A stretch of 64,000 nucleotides of DNA from Octopus vulgaris (Eukaryota), in the NCBI GenBank assembly GCA_951406725.2, contig OX597826.1:20770001-20834000 (forward strand), written 5' to 3'. Position 1 is the stretch's first letter. Each line of letters starts with the position of its first letter. Below are positions 56,184-64,000 of this stretch, in pieces. Both the position numbers and the translations under genes were made by a program. The notes under the pieces are model-generated. The model saw only the letters and a program-made list of their open reading frames with translations. It did no database searches and had not been told where the DNA came from.

Positions 56184-56678
56184 GCGTGTGCGTATGTCTG
56201 TATGTATATAATGAAATGCAAAGAGAGAGACCAGAAGAAGAGCTGCTAGCTTGTCAGTTGTATCCTCCCCTGGAGATGATAAAGAAATCAAAGCTCTCTA
56301 CTTAGTTCTGTCAACAGAAGGTGCCAATGAAATAACAGTTATCTTCGTTGTTTACTCTCTCATAAAGCCATGTATTACCATTTCTATCTGTTTCACAGCT
56401 CATCTCCACTTAGCAGCTTGTTTAACAATATCAAGTAATTTGATCTGCCGCCCCCGCACCCCCCCCTTCTTCTTCTTCTTCTTCTTCTTCTTCTTCTTCT
56501 TCTTCTTCTTCTTCTTCTTCTTCTTCTTCCTCCTCCTCCACCTTTTCTTCTTCTTCTTCAACAAACAAACTATGCTAAATCACAGCCGACGTATTCCTCC
56601 AGCATTATTGAATTAGCCACATACAATGATGGAAATATCACTGCCTTTCAATTTATTTGCCATTACATACATACATAC

Positions 56679-56735
<57 letters not shown>

Positions 56736-56789
56736 TCCTCTTTAGCGAAGGCGGAGGTATTGTTTCAGTCATGTTTGTAATTATTATTA

Positions 56790-57110
<321 letters not shown>

Positions 57111-57136
57111 ATTATTATTATTATTATTATTATTAT

Positions 57137-57652
57137 TGAGTGAGAGAGCAGACACTGGGGTAAAATATACGAAGCCCAGTGCACCCATCATGACTACCCG
57201 TCTGATAAGGGTACACCAGGCACATGCATCACAACCATATGTGTACAACATGGTGATCTCATATCAATATTAACAGCGCATGGCCTTCCAGGTGGGGCCC
57301 AGTTAGAATTTTCATCAAGTCGAGCAGTCTATACCGCTCAAAAGATCCCTAAATAAAGGCTGTTTAAGGATGTTGAACGAAACACCCATCTTTCCAGAGG
57401 GGAATTATTCAAATCCCAAAGAATCCCTCTCAACATATGGCTATGATACTCCCCCACTACTTCTGCTTGTGATCAGAGATGCACATATCGTCAGCCACTA
57501 AAGGACATACTCAACTGGTTAAGGTCAAACAACTGACAAGCAAATCTGTGGTATTGAGCAGAATATTTACAGTAGCCCATCTTTTATACCAAGACAAAAC
57601 AATGTAAATAACACTTCCAATCAGTTAAGATGAGAAGCCATGAAAATCACTG
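57137..57652 (-). mobile_element. ~515-bp non-coding retroposon with (AAT)n tail, possibly a non-autonomous partner of an AAT-targeting LINE
   Basis: Sharp switch to ~44% GC sequence abutting (ATT)n; no ORF; recalled as an abundant octopus repeat (not verified). Confidence 0.55.
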
Positions 57653-57698
57653 TTTTAAATGAATGGAAGTGTTATCATGTACATTGTTTTGTTCTGGT

Positions 57699-58023
57699 GT
57701 GAGGGCGCGTGGCTTAGTGGTTAGGGCATTCGGCTCATGATCGTAAGGTTGTGAGTTCGATTCCCGGCAACGCGTTGTGTCCTTGAGCAAGACACTTTAT
57801 TTCACGTTGCTCCAGTCCACTCAGCTGGCAAAAATGAGTTGTACTTGTATTTCAAAGGGTCAGCCTTGTCACTCTCTGTGTCACGCTGATTATCCCCGAG
57901 AACTACGTTAAGGGTACACGTGTCTGTGGAATGCTCAGCCATTTGCACGTTAATTTCACGAGCAAGCTGTTCTGTTGATCGTATCAGCTGGGACCCTCGT
58001 CGTCGTAACCGGCGGAGTCTTTT
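57699..58023 (+). mobile_element. tRNA-derived CORE-type SINE with 12-bp TSD
   Basis: A box TGGCTTAGTGG, B box GAGTTCGATTCC, CORE-like gtgtccttgagcaagacactt. TSD ttttgttctggt at 57687-57698 and 58024-58035. Confidence 0.9.
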
Positions 58024-58033
58024 TTTTGTTCTG

Positions 58034-58081
<48 letters not shown>

Positions 58082-59376
58082 ATTATCATCATCATCATCA
58101 CTATTATTATATTACTTTCAAATAAACTTTACCTCCCCTCTCCACCTCCTCCAGATAACTTCACCAGAACAAGGAGGTTTTGTTTTTTAAGGAACCCATT
58201 CATTCATTGCTCTGCAGCCCATTAGACTGACCCCATCAGCTGCCATATTCTAATCTGTCTTTCGACAGGTGTTTTTGTCTTAACAATATCAAAGACAAAG
58301 GACTCGATGAATGATACTACATCACTCATACAACCACGTAGATGATTCTGAGAAGCAAGAATCCACCGAAGTATTTCATTGGTTTTTATTTATCGACCTA
58401 AAGAGGATAAGGTTAGCCCAGGAAGGATTCGAGCTCATAACACAATACACCTAAAGAAATACCACGATTTTGGCATCTAATTCTTCTATATTATTATAGT
58501 TTAACTCTAGGTTAGCTCAGATGAATTAGACCTACTATCAAAGCCACTCCTATTCTGACCATCACATCTTTTTTCTATCCTCTTAGGACTACATTTCCCT
58601 GAGTGTCATACTTCCTGAGACGGTAGGGTGGGATTCGAAAGAGATTTGCCTGCTATTTCTAGCATGTTTGATAAGCGTATAGGCTCCCATTTTGGTTCGT
58701 GGCTAAATGATAACATGGGTTAGACTGGTGTGCAAATTCACGATTTTATCCGATGTTAATTACTTACCTGTGATATACCAACAGAAGTTACTATCAACAG
58801 TCTTCAGCATTTCCCTATAGTACGACACCAAATACACGGTGCCAAGTAAGCATCTCTTTGTTCTTCGTTCAACAGATATCGATTATAGAATGGTTCCTTG
58901 TGAAATCTATCAGACATCATCTTTTGTTAATGTTTCTATTGTACACACCACTTCGTGATTCTACTCTAAACAAACTACCAAAAGTTGGAGAAATTATTTT
59001 AGTATTTCAAGTTACACATTGTATTGCAACATCTACTAAATTGTAAGCGTCTGTGTTTGAACACTTCACTAAAATCGACATCACACAAACACCTCAGAGA
59101 TTTCTGTAAATATTCCTCAAACATCTTAAAGTCTCCAGATCTCCAACTATATTCTCTGAAGTTACTTTTAGTATTGAGACCTAAGATACTCCGAGTACAC
59201 ACCCTCAAAACAACAGGAGTCAAATTTTAAACTTTTCAAGATAGTGTTGGTTAAACGGTTTTATTTGATTTTAAAAGTTATCTCAACAGAACTTCGCCAT
59301 AGTAACCGTTTACTCTAAAAAAAACAGAACCCTTTTGTATGTGTGAGTGTATAAAACATATTTGTGATATTATATT

Positions 59377-59448
<72 letters not shown>

Positions 59449-59459
59449 CATATATATAC

Positions 59460-59502
<43 letters not shown>

Positions 59503-59894
59503 TATATATTCACACTCACACACACATATACACACACACAACATACACACACACACACACACATATGTATCTGTGTATGTATACCACAACATCCTAAGCA
59601 TACAGCCATGCCTGCTTACCCGATATCTATGTCGGCTCCTTTGAGTTCAATTCTTCGAAAGCTATCATTCAGATTCTTGCATCGGCTAAGAACATCAAAG
59701 GAATCCTCACACCGAATCTCTGGCAGAAAACTGATCAGTATCGATCATGTCTTGGCAGTATTGATTACCATTTATAAAAACAAGAATTAGTTTGTTGTTA
59801 AAAGTTAATGAAAACTAATTTGAATAGTTTTAATAAACAGTGAGCGTCCAGTTGTTTTTTATTGTTTATTCTTAAAATAGTGAAACAATGACGT

Positions 59895-60200
59895 AAGGAG
59901 AGCTGTTAGCGATGTGGAATGGTAACCACGTGGGTTTGGGTTCGATCCCACTGCAGGACACTTTAGACAAGTTTCTTCGAATTTAGGTTTACATGGACTA
60001 AATTCTAGAGAAAAGAATTTGGTAGATGGGGACTGTGTAGAAGCTCGTTGATTCAATACAACACTGAGGATGTGACAGGGGGGGAGGAGGGGTCTGTACC
60101 ATCACACAGTTGGTACTCTTGAGGGAGTTGGCTGCCCAGCCGAGGAATCGAACCCACAACCTTCTGATCGTAATTCCATCCTTCCAAACCACTTGACCCC
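59895..60200. mobile_element. Two degenerate SINE heads in convergent orientation
   Basis: gggttcgatcccactgcaggacactttagacaag (+) and ggaatcgaacccacaaccttctgatcg (-). Confidence 0.55.
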
Positions 60201-61164
60201 GCATCTTCACACTGAGCACCTATACATGTAACTAAGCGATACTGTCTTTCTCAAGACATTATTTTGCATAACCAGACATAACCAAGCAATATTTTCTTAT
60301 TCAATATGAGCGAGATGACATAACTCGATTCCCTCCGCCTTCCTCTCTCTCTCCCTCTCTCTCCATTACCTTCTTCTCCCTTTTCTTTTCTTTCTCTCCT
60401 CTCTCTTCTTTTCTCCCTCTCTCTCTCTCTCCCCCTTCTTTCTCTCTCTCTCTCTCTTCATCGTTTGCTTCCATCTCGCCGGCGACATGTTAAAGCAATA
60501 ATTCTACTTATTTATTTCTTTATTTTCTCACTAAATTGAAACTTCAAATGGGAATTTCTAAAAATTGATTCCATGTTCCATTATTCATGTCTTTGAACAA
60601 TATGATTCCACCTCACTGGTTTTAATCATTCATTCCTGTTGCGATGTTTTATTAAATAACACCTGATATTTCTACAGATCTATCATCCCAGATAACAGGA
60701 ACAGTAATTAAAAACAACAACAATTTTACTAATTAAATTAAGAATTTTAATTCAGTAATATATGCAAATAAACCTCAGTGATCCTGAACATCAACGTTAA
60801 ACACTAAAGCATTCATTGGTGGTGGTCATGATAGGTAAATAGTAGTTTAGATGATGATGATGATGATGATGATGATGAGGAGGAGGAGGAGGAGGAGGAG
60901 GAGAAGGAGGATGGTGAGGAAAGATGTTGATGATAATACTTATACTTCTACCAATGAAACAGACACACTGCTGCTGCTGCTGCTGCTGCTGCTTCCACCA
61001 ATTATTTCACATTTCACATAATTAATCAAAATGAAAGAGCAGAAGATCAATATCCTGTAATTGATTATTTTACAAGAATTCAGTTGAAATGAAGCTATTG
61101 TGTCTGTGTTCCGGGTAGGACCTCCAGCCTTGGTCAGTTATGGTCAGTGTCCTTAACAAGACCT

Positions 61165-61205
61165 CCATAACTGGTTAGTCATGGCCTATGACCTCATCAG
61201 ATCAA
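61165..61205 (-). ncRNA. Degenerate hammerhead motif in a PLE-like fragment (~61080-61460)
   Basis: Minus strand CTGATGA-G-GTCAT(AGGCC)ATGAC-tAACCAGTT; perfect 5-bp stem II, decayed GAAAC. Confidence 0.4.
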
Positions 61206-61542
61206 TTGGGTGATGTTTATCTTCAACAGTTGTGATATGAATGGTGTGTGGTTCTGGAGGGAAAAAACAGCCTGGGTAAAAAGGATTGGCAGCAGTGATT
61301 AGCATGATGTAGAATAGAGTAAACAGAATGTGTGGTGCGAGGAAGAAAAACAATTCTATCAAGTGAAGTTATAGGAGAGTGGGTGTGTTGGCTGCAATCT
61401 TTGAGGAGCAGAGGCCATTACAGGTGGGGGTAGAAAAGGAGGGGCATATTCAGAAATACTACAATAAAATAATTATTTTTTTAATATCACAGTATGTAAA
61501 ACATTATTATCATTATTATCATCATCATCATCATCATCATCA

Positions 61543-61598
<56 letters not shown>

Positions 61599-63105
61599 GA
61601 TAGAATTATGTTTTCATATGTAATTTGCAAAATATCCCTATGTAAATTTGAGTGTTGAATATTAACACAATGACTCTCTAGATTCAACAAAATGGATAAA
61701 ATTCTTTAAACCTAAATCTTATCAAAAATCAATGTGTACACACACATACATATAGATGTATCCATCCAGTTGTTTGAAGTAAAAATTAGACATTTACCAA
61801 AATAGCCTGATCCAGTTAAAGATCTGCTCTGCCAAAATGGTTGCTGCTCTGCACCATTGAATCCATCATTGGATTGACTGTGGTTTAACATCTTTACGAA
61901 TCCCTACAAACTTCCATGTTGTCTGTGTAAAGATATCCTACCACAAATGTAAAATCATGTTTCATACAGCCTGACACAGAACAGCAACCATTTAGCAGGC
62001 AGGCAGTTCTTGAACGGCAGGGGTTTATCTTTGGCAATCTTCAAAGATCTTTTAGTAACAAGTTTCTTTTAAATCCAAACAAATAAGATTTCACTGAGAG
62101 ACAGATTTTTGAATGGAAGAAGCATTGATTCACAAAACATAGGAATAAAACATGATGCAAACATGTATATAAAAATAATATAAATATAAATAAAACAGAT
62201 TCGTTGTTTTTACTGCTTTCAGTCATTGGACTGTGACCATGCTGGGGCAGCACCTTCAACACACACGCACACACGCACACATGCACATGCACACACACAC
62301 ACACACACATATACTAACACTGATGATGGATGCATGAACATAAACAGGCAGACAGACAGGCTTGCAAATAAATGGATGGATGGTCAGCTTGAAGGATTGA
62401 TAGATTAGCTAAATAGATAAATATGGTATTGTGAGTGCAAGGATTATATATATGTGTATATATATTTCATTCTCCTCAAACACAAGATCAAATTTAATTT
62501 TAATATCCACCACATACATGACCCACACACCGCCACCACCACCGCCACCACCGTCACCGACCCCCACCTAACCCTCCCCCACCAGCTGACCACTTCACCC
62601 CCACCTGACCCTCCCCCACCAGCTGACCACCTCACCCCACCATCCACCAACAGCAGCAAGGGACAGCCTCTACCTGGTCACTGGATCGCAATCCCAGAAA
62701 TTATAAAGGAAATACCCCTCCAAACCACACATGCACATATCTTTAAGAAACATTTGAGAAGGACAGGTTAGATAATGTAGTCCTAGATAGCCTTAGGTGT
62801 CTGGTGGTCACTGCTGGAATGTTTTTCATCCTAGACTTATTTCAGAATCAGAACTGACCTCGGGTTAAACACCAACAACAATAAAAACAACAACAGTGAC
62901 CAATATGAAACCCAGGGTGCAAGAGATGCTGCTGTGTTGAAGTCGGCAACCAACTGCAATAATTTTTCAAGATGGAAGTGTCAGTCGATATCGGCTGGAA
63001 TGTCTGGGGTGGACAAAAACCACCACCACCACCACCAATGACATTACCATTTCTTCGTTATCTTCTTGCTGCACAGAGAGGCACAGATTTATTGGGGCTA
63101 CAACA

Positions 63106-63378
63106 GAAGAAGAAGAAGAAGAAGAAGAAGAAGAAGAAGAAGAAGAAGAAGAAGAAGAAGAAGAAGAAGAAGAAGAAGAAGAAGAAGAAGAAGAAGAAGA
63201 AGAAGAAGAAGAAGAAGAAGAAGAAGAAGAAGAAGAAGAAGAAGAAGAAGAAGAAGAAGAAGAAGAAGAAGAAGAAGAAGAAGAAGAAGAAGAAGAAGAA
63301 GAAGAAGAAGAAGAAGAAGAAGAAGAAGAAGAAGAAGAAGAAGAAGAAGAAGAAGAAGAAGAAGAAGAAGAAGAAGAA
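63106..63378. repeat. Perfect (GAA)n tract, ~90 units
   Basis: Directly visible and uninterrupted. Confidence 0.97.
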
Positions 63379-63744
63379 GAGAAGATGGGCAAGAAGCGTG
63401 TCCCTCACAGTAAATGCTTCAAGCATGGCTACTTAGCTTTAATCTAACTTCCAATAACAGCTCAACAATTCCAGGACGGTTTTTTGCCTGGGATTTTTTT
63501 TTTTTTACTTCTCTTTGTTTCGTTTTTTTTTTGGTTTCTTTTGTTTTATGTCATTTTTTCCATTTCTTCTTTCTGTGACTTCTTCTCTGTCTGTCTGTCT
63601 GTCAGTCTCTCAGATCAGAAGGTGAGAAAGATGTCATCAGAAGAACTAACACAGCATAGAATACCTTCAACACACACACATACACGTGTGTTTATATGCG
63701 TGTGTGTGTATGTATATATGTATGTACGTATGTATGTATGTATG

Positions 63745-63802
<58 letters not shown>

Positions 63803-63817
63803 CACACACAGATACAC

Positions 63818-63849
<32 letters not shown>

Positions 63850-64000
63850 GTATGTATGTATGCACATATGCATATTTATATATATAAAGAGATAGTGAGA
63901 GAGAAAGATACATGCGTTTGTTTTGGTAAATATGTAAATGTATATAAGTATACATACATATATATATGTAAGTATGTGTATATATATGTGTGTGTGTGTG

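Noticed and set aside
57703-57770. tRNA-like sequences here and at 13440-13517, 33436-33505 and 38811-38900
   Set aside because: They continue into SINE bodies and lack a complete cloverleaf; they are SINE heads, not tRNA genes.

Overview
AT-rich, repeat-saturated eukaryotic intronic or intergenic DNA. No host protein-coding gene, RNA gene or CRISPR array can be supported, and almost every ORF in the six-frame track is a translation of a microsatellite. The SINE families and the extreme (TA)n/(GATA)n/(AAT)n load look like an octopus (coleoid cephalopod) genome; this is inferred from recalled repeat families, not from a search. Recognisable elements: a full-length but dead Tc1/mariner transposon with DD36E spacing (28749-30022); 3' ends of three LINE clades (R4/Dong-like, L1/Tx1-like, CR1-like); a non-autonomous Helitron inserted precisely into a (GATA)n tract; a Tc2/pogo-like MITE; and dozens of tRNA-derived SINE copies from several modular families, some nested with target-site duplications. 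The most interesting unannotated signal is about 10 dispersed hammerhead-ribozyme-like motifs (CTGANGA...GAAAC + palindrome + NUH). One looks intact (8410-8444), and several sit inside long RNA hairpins. This points to a diverse Penelope-like/retrozyme-type ribozyme retroelement system. All alignments and folds were done by eye, and boundaries of degenerate repeats are approximate.
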